From the NCBI GenBank assembly GCA_001662655.1, contig KV460290.1: a DNA stretch of 64,000 nt; one strand, written 5' to 3'. The notes beneath the pieces are model-generated. The model saw only the letters and a program-made list of their open reading frames with translations. It was not told the DNA's origin and did no database searches. A program made the position numbers and the translations under genes. Below, piece by piece: positions 52,235-64,000 of the stretch. Numbering within the stretch: the stretch's first letter is position 1; the number at the start of each line of letters is the position of its first letter. Origin of the DNA: Pseudogymnoascus verrucosus (lineage: Eukaryota).

Positions 52235-53103
52235 CTACGGCTTAACCTCCTCCCCCCTCCAATCCCAGAACTTGCCTCTCCCATTCAAGCCCACGCTACC
52301 AGCGACACCAACCAATTTCTCCGCCGCAAGTTCCGGCGAGAACAGTTTGTCTTCCTCCACACGATCCCAATAATCCCTCGATAACTCCGTCTTCACACTA
52401 CCAGGGTGCTGCGCAATCGAAATCGCATTATCCCCCGACACCCCCTGGAGATACAAATCAAACGACTTCGCCAGACTCGTAACCCCTGCCTTGCTCGCAC
52501 GATACGAGTACCAACCACCCATAATATTATTAGTCGTACTCCCAACGCTAGCACCCATGGAAGCGTAGACCGCGCGCTCAGGAAGTCCCACCTCTCCCTC
52601 GAGGACGGCGTTCTTGCGAGGCAGGAAGTCGCAGAAGTGCTTGAGGATCAGCAGCGGGCCGATGGTGTTGACTTTGAAGCTCTCGAGGGCGTGGTGGGAG
52701 TCGATTTGGCCGGGGGATCGCTCGGGGTGCAGGACGCCGGGGATGGCGTAGGCGAGGCGGAGGTGGTGCGTTTCGGGGGGGAACATCTGGCGCGCTTGGT
52801 CGGCGGCGGTGGAGATTGTGAATTCGTCTGTGTGGTGGCGGGATACGTTAGAGATGGGCTTCTTGTGAGGGTGGTCGAGGGGATGTCTGGGATGGGGAGG
52901 GGGCTGTTACCAACGCAATCGAGCTCCAGTACAGTCAGACGGTCGACATCTACGTTCTTCAGGCCGTCTAGAAGTGAGTTCCGCACATCTTCTGTGTTGC
53001 TACGTGAGGTGGCCAGGATGGGAGCCTTCGTAGTCTGCAGGAGGTGCCTTGTGAGCGCGAATCCAATCCCGCGAGAGGCAGGAGAGACGAAACACCATGC
53101 CAT
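52235..53103 (-). CDS. CsgA/C-factor-like short-chain dehydrogenase; exons 53103-52911, 52827-52235
   Basis: SPASRGIG cofactor loop, VNTIGPLL, GGWYSYRASKA (YxxxK) and HPGSVKTELS. Confidence 0.88.
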
Positions 53104-53942
53104 ATTTCTCTGGGGGTTATAAATTGTATAATCTGGCTCTTCAAAATTCGGTCTGGGATAATAGATATCAGGGACTGTGAGGTGTGAAACTATGAAGGGA
53201 GGTCTACCCTAGATGGGGGTCTACATGGTGGGCTGAGGTTGGCTTGCTGCTGAACAGCTGATTTCGCACGTCAACGTCAATATGAGAAGTAATGTCGGGT
53301 GGTACACATTAGCGTGACCGGAGACCCAACCCACGGTAATCCGATTGCCGCCATCGAGATCTCCCCGCTTCCAAGAAGGCTTAGCGTATGGAGGCAAGCT
53401 TAGCGTTAATGGGAATGGATTCATCTTTGGAAATAAACGTATTTGTCTCTTCGCTATTGCTGTGGTGGGTTACCTCGAAGTGTTTAAATAATTAATTTTG
53501 AGTTTCACATGTTTAATAAATAGGAAAAAATAAGAATATAAACTGCTTTGGATTTAGACTACGGCGAATATATGTGGATTTATTGGAATAATAAACTAAA
53601 AAATATCCATGGTATTAAATAAGCACGATTCTTAGCAATACTTGATCGGCTAGAATATTCTTCGTAAACCTGGGATATTTGATATGTTGATTCCCAAGAA
53701 TACCGTAGGTTATTCGACTGACCTTATTCTCTTCTTTGACAGAGCAGAGCAGTTCTCAACTCTCCAGTAAGATAGTTTGTACATGCCATCTTCGATAGCA
53801 CTACAGTATTATAGACTATCATCATCACTCAATACCAGGCTGATATAGGTAAAATACCTTCGCGCATTGGTGCTGAATTGCTTGATATAAACGTACAACT
53901 GGTATACCACGCTATTAAATACAAATCTAACTAACCCATCCT

Positions 53943-55215
53943 CTAAAGAGCAACATCCTGGAAGCTCGCAGCTCCAGGAGTCTTCGCACCCTCCTCCGTA
54001 TCAGCATCTACCTCCAGGGAAGGGCTTTTGGTAACAGGGTTCTTGTCGACGCTTGGCTCCTTTTCATCCGCAGGTGACGCGGCTGGCCTGAGAGCAACCT
54101 TGTGCTGATCATTATCTTCCACCCTAACCTTCTGCTCGTCCAACGCCTCTACTTTCTTATCCTCGGAGTCATCCTCCTCTGACTCCTCATCTCTGTCTTC
54201 TTCCTTCTCGTTGTTCGTTTGGCCGGCTTCGGATGCTTCATCACCATTCGCCTGCTCCTTTCTGTTGTTGTTAGGGAGAGCTGGGAGAGGAGCCTCATCC
54301 TTCGCCGAAGCAGGCTCAGCTGGCGTGGCTTGCTGTCCAGCCGCAGGCCCCAAATTAGCCATCCTCTGCCTCGGGTCCGCATCGAGATAGTATTGCCTGA
54401 CACCCACGATCCTGCCGCCCCTTTCGCAGCCCTCTACCCACTCTGGCCTCACAACAGGGATATTCATCTCCACGGCCTTCTCCCAAGTAATGCCTCTGCC
54501 CTCCGTAGTCACAAAATGGGTAGTATCGATTCTAACGGTATCCGCGAGCTTACCCCCTATCCGCTCAACAGCAGCGACGAGGCTCTCCCTGAGTTGCGCT
54601 GGCAGAATGCCTGGTGTGACGGTGATGCCGCTGAGGTCGGTCATCTTGTGGGTTCTGACCGTGAGTCTGTCGCTCGCGAATGTGCCGGCGGTAGTTCTAA
54701 GCACAAGATGGAATGTGTACTCGGTGTCGACAGCAAGGCCGCTTATTTTCGTGCTTTCCATGGTTGTGGGCTGAGGAATGTTGCCTGCCTTCTGGCCATT
54801 GCGGAATAGGCTCAGGCTGATAACATCGGCGGTCGCAAGCTGAACTGGGTCCCACTCGAGGACGATGGATGTTTGTGTGGCATTGCGACAGCGCAGGACA
54901 GGTGCTGATGGCTCGGACTCGCCAAAGGAGCGGAAGATCGAATCTTGAAGGTGGCTGAATGAGTCTTGAGACTCGCTCTCGGATTCGAAGTTGCGGGCAA
55001 CGGTGATGTCGACGATGCTACCAGATGAGATGTGTGGAGGTAGTAGGATGGATGGGAACTCGATCTGTTTGTATCATCGACGATGTCAGTTGGGGCACTC
55101 CGTAGGACATGACGTTGCCTTTGTGGATTGACTGGATTCTTACAAGGCGTTTGTCCTGTGTCAACAGCACAGCGACCCCGGCATCGACCTTGCCCACAGT
55201 CAAAGAGATTAACAT
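53943..55215 (-). CDS. chs5: Exomer scaffold Chs5 (N-terminal domain, FN3, BRCT, acidic tail); exons 55215-55144, 55064-53943
   Basis: MLISLTVGKVDAGVAVLLTQDKRL|IEFPSILLP, THKMTDLSGITV, RIDTTHFV and NIPVVRPEWV. Confidence 0.96.
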
Positions 55216-55498
55216 CTTGTGTGTGAGATGTCGCAAAGGCGGATTGAACAGGGTGGTGGGAAATGTTTATGACCTCGTGAAGCTTTGGGGCTACGACGAC
55301 ACCTTCAGGGACAAGGACAAGCTTATCTCGGTCTTGGCGCCCTTGAATTGGACTTCCTTGCGCGCGATCATCCACGCTTGTATAAAATTACTTGGTAGTA
55401 CATTAATTACAACTACTATTTGTACAGTATTCATAGTTTACATGTTTAATATGACCTGCGGCATTGCAGATCCACGTTCTTTGTGCTTTGTTTGGGTA

Positions 55499-56092
55499 TC
55501 ATTCTATCGTCCTCTTTTTCCCTTTCGGCTTTGCCTTCTTCGTTTGCAGTCGCTCAACCTCAGCAATAATTTTGTCGGCCTGCTCCTCCATCTCTGGCCA
55601 CTTCGCACGTAGAATCTCAGGGCGCGTAATGAAGTGTAAGCTGCCTACGAGGTTGGGCTTGGGGGCCTCGTCACAATTACCGTCAATCCTGTAGCCATTT
55701 GTATCGTACCCCTTCCGCTTCAGCGCATTCACAATTGCCAGTCTTGCCCTGATGTTGACCCACGAACGAACTACACTCCTCGCACTGACTTGTTTGGAAG
55801 TCAGGCAGTTCCACCACAGAGGATCAGTGCGAGCTTCCCATTTGCGCTTCGTGATTTCATGCCTAGGATGTGCGGGATTGGTGAGTTGTGTTTTGGAGTT
55901 TATTGGTACAATGTGTTCTGGAGACCACATAATTTGTAGTATATCAATCCCTGGGATATTCCTCTTTGACATGCCGGCTGGAGGAAACTTTAATTTGGGT
56001 ATTGGTGGCGGCATCTTTCGTATACTCGACATGCTGCCTTGTAAATCGCGTGCGATGGCTGAGCTTCTGGATTGGAGCTGTTTGGGCAACAT
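55499..56092 (-). CDS. Basic 197-aa protein with a putative RnpA-like (RNase P protein) fold and possible mitochondrial presequence
   Basis: Intronless ORF with a non-low-complexity core, DPLWWNCLTSKQVSARSVVRSWVNIRARLAI..GSLHFITRPEILRAKWPEMEEQADKII. Coding status is likely; function is inferred. Confidence 0.6.
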   Translation of the reverse strand: MLPKQLQSRSSAIARDLQGSMSSIRKMPPPIPKLKFPPAGMSKRNIPGIDILQIMWSPEHIVPINSKTQLTNPAHPRHEITKRKWEARTDPLWWNCLTSKQVSARSVVRSWVNIRARLAIVNALKRKGYDTNGYRIDGNCDEAPKPNLVGSLHFITRPEILRAKWPEMEEQADKIIAEVERLQTKKAKPKGKKRTIE

Positions 56093-56309
56093 GTCTGGTG
56101 GCGGCTTTCTGTCGCATTCAGTGTCATCGATTGGGCTCCGACAGAGGGATCGTAGTTTCGTTCATATCAAGCCCATTTTTGTTTGGTTGGAGTGGCAATC
56201 TTTTGTCTTGTCGAGCTTCTATGGCCCAGCTTCTTCGTCTCCGCGTGGTATGGATATAAACGCCAGTCAGTTCCGAAAGGAGGCTATACCAAGCGTGCAA
56301 TAGGGTGGC

Positions 56310-56471
56310 GATGAGTGGCTGATGAGTGGCTCACTCCTCGCTTGAGCCAAAGTTCAGAAAGGGACTAGCTGACTCATCCCCCACCTAAACTAAGGATTCA
56401 CCCCACCAACGATAAGTCATTAGGCGCCCATCGACCACACAACTGTCCCACTTGCAAACTTCATATATAAA
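56310..56471. promoter_or_regulatory. Compact divergent promoter with PAC-like direct repeat, Gcn4/CpcA site and TATA box
   Basis: GATGAGTGGCT twice (56310-56331), TGACTCA (56370-56376) and TATATAAA (56464-56471). Confidence 0.5.
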
Positions 56472-56571
56472 GCCTACCCCTCTTGGAGCCCAAGTCCCGG
56501 AGTAATAACATCAACTTCCAGATCATCAAATAATCACAAATACGGCATTTTAACCAGAGAAATCTGTCAAT

Positions 56572-57217
56572 ATGCCGAAGAATAAGGGAAAAGTAAGTCT
56601 CATCCGCAAACAAAAACCACCCCGCTCTTCATTTTCATCGCGGCCCAACGACAACAACTCGTGTGCATATTGCTGACGCCTCTTACCAACAGGGTGGCAA
56701 GAACCGTCGTCGTGGAAAGAACGAAAACGACAATGAGAAGCGTGAGCTCACATTCAAGGAGGAGGGTCAAGGTATGTTTCGCCCCCAGCAGTTACAGCCG
56801 CCACTGTCGGCCTCGCCACCAGATCATTAACGCCCAACCACAGAATACGCCCAAGTCTTGAAGATGTTGGGTAACGGCCGTCTCGAGGCTCTCTGCTTCG
56901 ACGGCACGAAGCGCCTCGCACATATCCGTGGCAAGCTTCGCAAGAAGGTCTGGATCAACCAGGGAGACATCATCCTGCTGTCGCTCCGTGACTACCAAGA
57001 CGAGAAGGGAGACGTTATCCTCAAGTACTCCGCCGACGAGGCCCGTTCTCTGAAGGCCTACGGCGAGCTGCCCGAGAGCGCCAAGATCAACGAGACCGAC
57101 ACCTACGGTCAAGAAGGCGAGGGTGACTGCAACTTCGAGTTCGACGAGGACAGGAGTGACAGCGAGGAGAGCGAGGCCGGCGCCGGCGCAAAGGATATCG
57201 AGATCGACGACATCTAG
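56572..57217 (+). CDS. tif11: Translation initiation factor eIF1A; exons 56572-56592, 56693-56771, 56844-57217
   Basis: [45 protein letters not shown] and acidic tail ending IDDI. Confidence 0.98.
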
Positions 57218-57720
57218 ACAAGTCTGGCACGCGCTGCGGCCAAGTGTGTGGTGTGGACTGTCTTCTCTCAAACGATTCTATAATGGAAAACGAACTCGAC
57301 AGTTTATCTCTTTTGTTACTATTGCCAGATGACCTGGGCGCAGTGGGAGAGACGCTGTGGTCCTCGTCATCCGTGCCCTTCACTTCTGGTGCGACGTAGA
57401 GAGGAAACGTTATAAGTGTTGTGGGTTCGCATTGTATGTATGGTTAGCCTTGTGCGGGGGATATCGCGATTAGCGCTGCTCTCCGTGTACTGCATCTTAG
57501 CATAGACTACGACGAAACACATGACCCATGCAAACCTGAAGTTTTTGAATTGTGCTTTTAATTAATGTGTCTCTATGCGAATCTCAGCCAGCGCATGTTG
57601 TTACGCTCTACCTGAGTCGGGAGGGAGACTGACACCCAAGACGCCAACAAACAAAAGCCCGTTACATTGTGACAATTTCTGATACAACCCCCCACTAACG
57701 GACATCTTCCACCAGGGATC

Positions 57721-59799
57721 TTACCAATCATCTTCTTCAGCTTCGTCGTCTGTTCCTTGTTAGCTGCATGCATTCAGAATAGCCGTAGAAATGAGAACTT
57801 ACCACTAGCGCTAACTTTCTGCTTCCTTTTGTTGAGTGCCTCTGCCAACGCATCGGCCAGGCCACCACCACCACCACCAGTAGTAGCCGGAGGTAACCCA
57901 CTTCCAGCCGGGCCAGTGTCAGCAGAGCCAGGTACAGCAGCCGCACTGCGATCGCGCACTTTGCTGCGGTCCACCTTCTTGAGCGCTCCGATACCGCCAG
58001 CCTGCTTAATGCCAGACAGGAGGTCACTACGGTCACCAGTAGGCGCTGGCATATTAGGTACTCCGGAGACGTAGCCTGAGTCGCGGTTGGGCATTGGAGG
58101 TGGGGGAGGAGGCCCTGGTGCGCCTGAATCGCGGCTGGGCATGGGAGGTGGAGGAGGGGGTCCTGCACCACCAGGTGGCGGCGGAGGCGGCGGCGGCGGT
58201 GGTGGAGGGGGGGGAGCTGGAGCTCCTCCAGTTGGGGGTGGTAGAGCGGGCGCCACCGCGCGAGCTGGTTGTTGCGGAGCTGCGTTCGATGGGCGAGCTG
58301 GTTGTGGTGGCGGTGTGTTGGAGACAGGTAGTGGAGGGGGTGGTGGAGGACCATTGTCTCTCGATGGTGGTGGTGGTATTGGCCGAGAGGAGGATGGCGG
58401 GAGAGGGGGCGGCGAGCCTGGTCCATTGTTGGGTGTCTTGGGGGGTAATGGAGGCGGCAATGCTGCATTTGGAGTGCTTCGAGCTGGGGGAGGTGGAGGC
58501 ACGGCAGAACGCATTGGCGTAGGTGGTGGCTGAGGTGTACGTTGGCCCATGAACGGTGGTGGTACTCCGAATCTCGATCCAGATTCTCCAGGTTCGAAGT
58601 CGTCGTTCGGCGTCTTCGGAGGCCGCGGGGGTGGAGGTGGCGCGGACTGATTGGAAATCGATGTGGCATGTGGTCGACCGGGAGTTGGTCTTGGGTTTGA
58701 ATTGAGCAGCTTGCCAGCATCCGCAAAAGGAGGAGGAGCAGCATATTTTGGCGGCGGCGGTCCTTTGGGAGGTGATGGCTCGCGCGGCGGAGGGGTAGGC
58801 TCTTTTGGGATAGGCTCTGCCTTTGCTCTCCGGCTAGGAGGTGGTGCTGGAGGCGCACCTCGTTGAGCCGGAGGTGGCGGTGGTGATTGGGGAAGCTCAT
58901 GAATCCGCGGAGCAGCCGCCTGTGGAGGAGGCGGTGGTGGAGGAAGGGCCGTTTTTGCCCGCGGAGGCTCCTGGTAAGCAGGCTCAGGGGCTGCAGCAGA
59001 TGCAGCTTGCTGCTCTTGAATGTACTCAGCAATGAAGTCTTGGTTGTCTCGAATCTGGTCGTCGGTGATTCCCATATCTCGTAAATCACCTCCCCAAGTT
59101 TCTCTCCAGTTGGGATCGAGAGCATCTAATTTAGCATACTCGGATACCTTCGGTGGATTGATACTGACAGAGGAATACGACGGATTGTGTTGCGAGAGCG
59201 AAGGTGGGATAAATGTTCGGGGAGATTCAGGGGGAGTTGGCTGGCTGGGCATGGGGGCAGACGGGGCCGACACATGCCTATGGCCACCAAATATACCTCC
59301 CAGTATTCCGTGCTTTTGTGGTGCTGGCCCACTGCCTCCAAAAGGGTTTAACTTGGTTGCTTTGCTTGCATGCTTCTCGCGGTCTACCATTTGCTTTAGG
59401 AACTTAACGGCCTCCTTTTCTTCAGAAAATGATAAACCGGCCAAGCAACCCTCAATTTCAAAGCTGTGAAAGAAAACACGGTCCTGGTTGTAAGACCAAT
59501 TCTCATATATCTCCTGATCCCATATGACCCCTCGCACTGAAGGCTGTGGAAAGTTAGCGCCTATATCATAGGGAGGAAGATATGCATACCGAAACATCTA
59601 CCAACTTCAACCAAAAGGTGTTCCCGATGAGGTCATTTGCTAAAACCACCGCACCCTGTAATCCAGTGTATGTCCATTTTGAGGTGTTTGGGTATGCAAT
59701 ATACAGTCTGACCATAGCAGCAGCTAGAATCTTGTTCTGTGCCTTTGGAACGACACGGCGAATGATCGCCTTCTCCTCGGCTGTGACACCCTCGGGCAT
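57721..59799 (-). CDS. las17: WASP homologue Las17/Wsp1; exons 59799-59590, 59543-57803, 57749-57721
   Basis: WH1 domain (VRLYIAYP..WTYTGLQGA), polyproline region, WH2 (RSDLLSGIKQAGGIGALKKV), central helix and acidic DDEAEEDDW stop. Confidence 0.96.
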
Positions 59800-59910
59800 C
59801 TTGGCTGCTGATGGAAAGCAATCTAAAAGTAACTCTGCCGAGGGCGTGTCATCGAGGAATTGAACTGGGAGATAATGGCGATGTGATTGCTGATGCGATG
59901 CCTGGAAGTT

Positions 59911-60043
59911 CTATTCGTTCAGTCAGTAAGAGGGCGTCAATTGAGAGCCCAAGCTCAGTTACCGCGGGATAGCTATAGCTAAGGCAGATAAGGATATATG
60001 TAATCGAATGACTTCAAAAGTGAAGCAGGGGAGATCGACTTAC
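59911..60043 (-). other. Probable 5'-UTR intron of las17
   Basis: Minus strand reads GTAAGT (from 60043) .. ACTGAC .. TAG (ending 59911), about 110 nt upstream of the ATG. Confidence 0.65.
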
Positions 60044-60290
60044 TCAGGGTTGCGCTATCTTGTAGTTGGAGGTGAGGTTGATAGGCGTCCAAACGATGGT
60101 ATCGGGACCTAACGTACCTACGTTGTGTGGCTTGCCCAAGCCTCATTACACCCATTACAACTCGTCAGCCACAACGCAGCGCCAAGACCCATGAGTCGCA
60201 AGGCTGCCAAAAAGCCTTGCCTCAACTTATAGAAATTATCTCCCCACTACACAGCTGTCGCGAACATCGAACAACAAGGAAACAATCCGG

Positions 60291-61695
60291 ATGCTCACCC
60301 TGATTAAAGTGCCTGGCAAGAGAAAGCGCAAGCAGCACACTGATAATGCAGATGGCGAGAACAAGGTGAACATCGACATTGCTTCTCTCACATTCTACAA
60401 GATATATTGTGAACATCAAAACTAACTTCACCGAAGCTATCTCGGCCCAAGGGAAGGCCACGAAAAGAAACGATTAAGAAAATAAAGGCGTCAGCATCCG
60501 CGTTAGACTCTGGCACGGCATCCAGACAATCACCACAAGATAATTTCACGACGAATCGGTCTATGACCTCGCTCGAGAGACTACCCACAGAGCTTCTCGA
60601 GAAGATATTCCTTGTGTCGTTGAACTTCAATCTACCGAGATCAAGTCCGATAATAGGCATTAAACTGTCTAATCAGTATATATATACTACGACAACTGTG
60701 GCGATATTTGAACCGACATGGAGATACAACTATGGGCTTCTGTACGAAGGGGGAGGAACCGCCTCCGATTCTGTTGATGGGGGAGATATACCGGGAGATC
60801 CCGAATTGCAGGTGCGTAGATGAGACCTATTCTTGTTTCCTATGGCTAACATAATATAGAGCTCATTGCTTCGGTGCCAGTGGGCAACGGTGTTCATGAT
60901 ACAACAAGCTGAGAAAGCATGGCTGTTGACCGTACCCCCAAAGCAAGTGAAACAGGAAGTTGAAGGAGTGGCCCAAGCAAGAAGCCATTCGCCGGCTTTT
61001 GATTCTGAGCAACTTGTCCATACGGAAACTCGTACTCCCGCGGAAAGGCTTTCTGGCGATTCTGAACCTCATAACTTTGATGAACAATATGCCGAATTTT
61101 TACGACTCACACACCCGGAGGCAGCAAGAGAGGAAGGCATGACTACGAGGCCAACATTTCGATGGAAAACACCCCACAAGATCCACCCCCAAACTGAGAT
61201 ACCCGAGAGTCTTTTACGGGGCCCTTGGTCTCCTGATATGGTGATGTACCTGTTCTGGTTGACTCGAGCTGGGGCTACGATCGATTATTCGGCGTCCACC
61301 AATGGAGAGGTAAGATTTATCTACACTATTTAATCTAAAGCACGCCTTACTAATATTTTGTCCAGGTAGCACGGCAAGGCCTTGATCAGGCTATACTTGA
61401 TGGCAATTTGCAAATTTTGTACTTGCTCCATTGTCTTGGGATCGAGACGACTGTACATGAGGACATCTTAGAATCGGCAGTGCGGACTTGTTCTGGCAAC
61501 AATGCCGTGATGTACCGAGTCTTTCATATCCTCGCAAGCAAGTACCCAGGCGAAAGTTCCTCGTGGGACAAATGGCTCGATGATATCTTAGATTTCGCTG
61601 AAAAACTGGGCCAGAACAGAGAGGAGAAACGACAACAGAGGATATGGTGGGAAGGCTTTGTTTCGTTTTTGAACGAGCCAGAGCTAAAACTCTAG
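60291..61695 (+). CDS. Hypothetical protein with NLS, AT-hook and F-box-like motif; exons 60291-60365, 60437-60811, 60860-61309, 61366-61695
   Basis: MLTLIKVPGKRKRK..|LSRPKGRPRK..SLERLPTELLEKIFLVSLNFNLPRSSP. Three phase-0 introns with CTAAC/CTAAT branch sites join the separate ORFs. The first donor (GTGAAC) is weaker. Confidence 0.75.
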
Positions 61696-61937
61696 AAGAA
61701 ACGAATTATGTAATAGAATAATAATAAATAATAATAAATAATAAAACTTCAAACCTTCTTGCTATTTGTGAAGTAGTTGGTCCCATTCTTGGCCGCCAAA
61801 TCAATAAAGTCATGTGACTCGCTGTATTTACCTTGACTAAATCGACGTCGCGAAATATCCGATAAAGATGACAACTGCTGTATCGAATTTCCGCGATAGC
61901 AGGAATTGATTCATATTACTGGGTTGTCATATCTGCC

Positions 61938-63717
61938 ATGCGGGCTAGTCTGCCTGTTCCTGTACCTTCGTCGAGTTTATTGAGATTTCTCCAATTCCAA
62001 TCAGAGGGCCGCTGTTTCTTCAGCGCAAACTCGCAAGGCTTCAACTTCGACCATGGATCACCACCAGGGCCGCAACAGCACACGGCGAAAAGACTAGGAG
62101 CGCCAAAGCCGTCGTCTTCACATCTATGGGCGCCCATACCGACACCAGCTACCTGCGAAGCAAGCCTTCTCAACCTCGACTTCCTCATCCCTCGGGTTAC
62201 GCTGCCACCCGCGATACGACCCAGTATTAACTCCCCTCGACCTCTCGCCAAAGTCATAAGGCGAAGCGCGAAGCATTCAATAGGAGGATATAGATGTGCA
62301 TCAGAGAGCCACAGTGCCGACTGGCTCAGGCGGGCGTTCGGGAGGAAGGTGAACCGCCGCCGACCTCTCAAGGGAGTGGAAGGCCCATACGGCGATGAAG
62401 GGGCTGAAGCTACGGCGTATGCCCTCGGGCGTACAATGTCTGCAAAAGCAGCAAACGAGCAGAAGCTGCGCTGCACTGAGTTCGACGAGAATGGCAATGT
62501 TGTCTTAGTTAACGGGGAGTTCAAGAAGAGTGAGCTTATCGCCAAAGTACGTCATCCACCCTGACCTTAAGATACCCTCGGTCAAAGGACTAACAAAATT
62601 ATTAGTACGGATTATTGCCTAGAGATCTTCGAAAAATCGATTCGTCGCTGTTACCACATATCCTTGTGCGGCCCTCAGCTATCCTAATAAACCTCCTCCA
62701 CCTCCGCTGCCTTATCAAGGCGAATCGAGTTCTTGTCTTCGACACATACGGCTCAACAGATTCATACACGCAGTCTGTATTCATGTATGATCTTGAAGGA
62801 AAGTTACGACAGAAACAGAACTCGCCCTCGGCTGGCGGGCTTCCTTACGAATTCCGTGCCCTCGAGGCAGTCCTCATATCTGTGACTTCAGGGCTTGAGG
62901 GGGAGTTCGAAACAGTACGCGGACCAGTTGTGCGCGTGCTGCGGGAATTAGAAGAGGATATCGACCGCGATAAGCTACGACACTTGCTTATTTATTCTAA
63001 GAAACTGGGTACCTTCGAACAGAAAGCTAAGCTTGTCAGAGACGCCATCGACGAGTTGCTTGAAGCCGACGATGATCTGGCTTCCATGTACTTGACTGAA
63101 AAGACGCATGATCTACTCAGAGGAGAGGATGACCATACGGAAGTTGAAATGCTACTCGAGTCTTACCACAAGGTGTGCGATGAGATTGTACAGGCGTCTG
63201 GCAATTTAGTCTCCAATATCAGAAACACCGAAGAGATGTGAGTAATATACCACTTCCTTTCAATAACAAACCCCTAACAATAAATAGAGTCAAGGCAATT
63301 CTCGATGCCAATCGGAACGCGCTCATGCTTCTCGACCTGAAATTCTCCATCGGCACACTCGGTATCGGTTCAGGGGCCTTTATAGCGGCATTATACGGCA
63401 TGAACTTGAAGAATTTCATCGAAGAATCCAACTTTGGGTTCCTCGGAATCTCTGGCTTTTCAGCCGTATTCGCTGCTATTGTCTGTGGCTACGGACTAAC
63501 GAAGTTGAGAAAGGTGCAGAGAGTAAGTATGTGGGGTGAGGCCGGCAAGAGAGGCGCAAGGGGCAGCTGGAGAGCAATCGATGAGGAAACTGGGGCTGGC
63601 TTACTGGAGCGAAGCAGGCGCGCAAGGCTCTTGAAGGAAGATAAAGGGGGCTCTCTGCGGGAGGTTGTCGGAAATGTGAAACCTTTACCGCCTACAGTCA
63701 TATTGAAGACTACATAG
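61938..63717 (+). CDS. mrs2: Mitochondrial CorA-family Mg2+ channel Mrs2/Lpe10; exons 61938-62546, 62606-63237, 63288-63717
   Basis: LRCTEFDENG, K|YGLLPRDLRKID, LPYEFRALEAVL, EVEMLLESY, ILDANRN and the YGMN signature between two TM helices. Confidence 0.95.
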
Positions 63718-64000
63718 GCATAGATACAGGGGGGTGGCGCTAAAGTTGTTACTATGTATAAACAGCTCTGCAGGCGTTTTGTTAGAGCGGGGAATCTTCT
63801 CTGTTTGGATATGTTCACGCGCAGTTACGGCGCGTTTGGGGCCTTCGAATACCACCACTCTTGTAAACCATACCATATTAGTTATATCACCTTGGAAATG
63901 TAAGATGATAACCAGACTTTGATTGTCTCGTCACTGACTGTCATCATATCCATATACGGCAATCATATACTGATCAACCAGAGATATATATTTGTTTTAT

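Noticed and set aside
57737..59125. 462-aa alternative-frame ORF within las17
   Set aside because: By-product of CCN-rich polyproline codons.
31676..63717. NIPA-like and MRS2 genes as a magnesium cluster
   Set aside because: About 29 kb apart, from unrelated families and compartments, with no shared motif seen.

Overview
Eukaryotic, intron-containing fungal DNA (filamentous ascomycete; gene style and C/G-run-rich spacers suggest a Leotiomycete such as Pseudogymnoascus, by inference). I built 18 gene models by hand from GT..CTAAC..AG signals: a WBP11-like 3' end, a trypsin-fold (Ssy5-like) pseudo-protease, CLG1 cyclin, DBF2/Sid2 kinase, areA/nit-2, MCM1, a NIPA Mg transporter, VMA4, a putative Nse6/SLF2-like protein, a DNF-type P4-ATPase, SEN1, a CsgA-like SDR, CHS5, an uncharacterised basic protein, eIF1A, LAS17/WASP, an AT-hook/F-box-like protein and MRS2/LPE10. 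No tRNA, rRNA, CRISPR array or intact transposon was seen. Top lead: the 197-aa protein at 55499-56092 aligns by eye with bacterial RNase P protein (RnpA) and has a presequence-like N-terminus, so it may be a nucleus-encoded mitochondrial RNase P subunit. Other leads: a catalytically dead protease, a GATA cluster upstream of areA, a uORF-rich CLG1 leader, a NAGNAG stop switch in SEN1, an unannotated spliced unit converging on areA, and a compositional boundary near 35 kb. All homology calls come from motif recognition, not from database searches.
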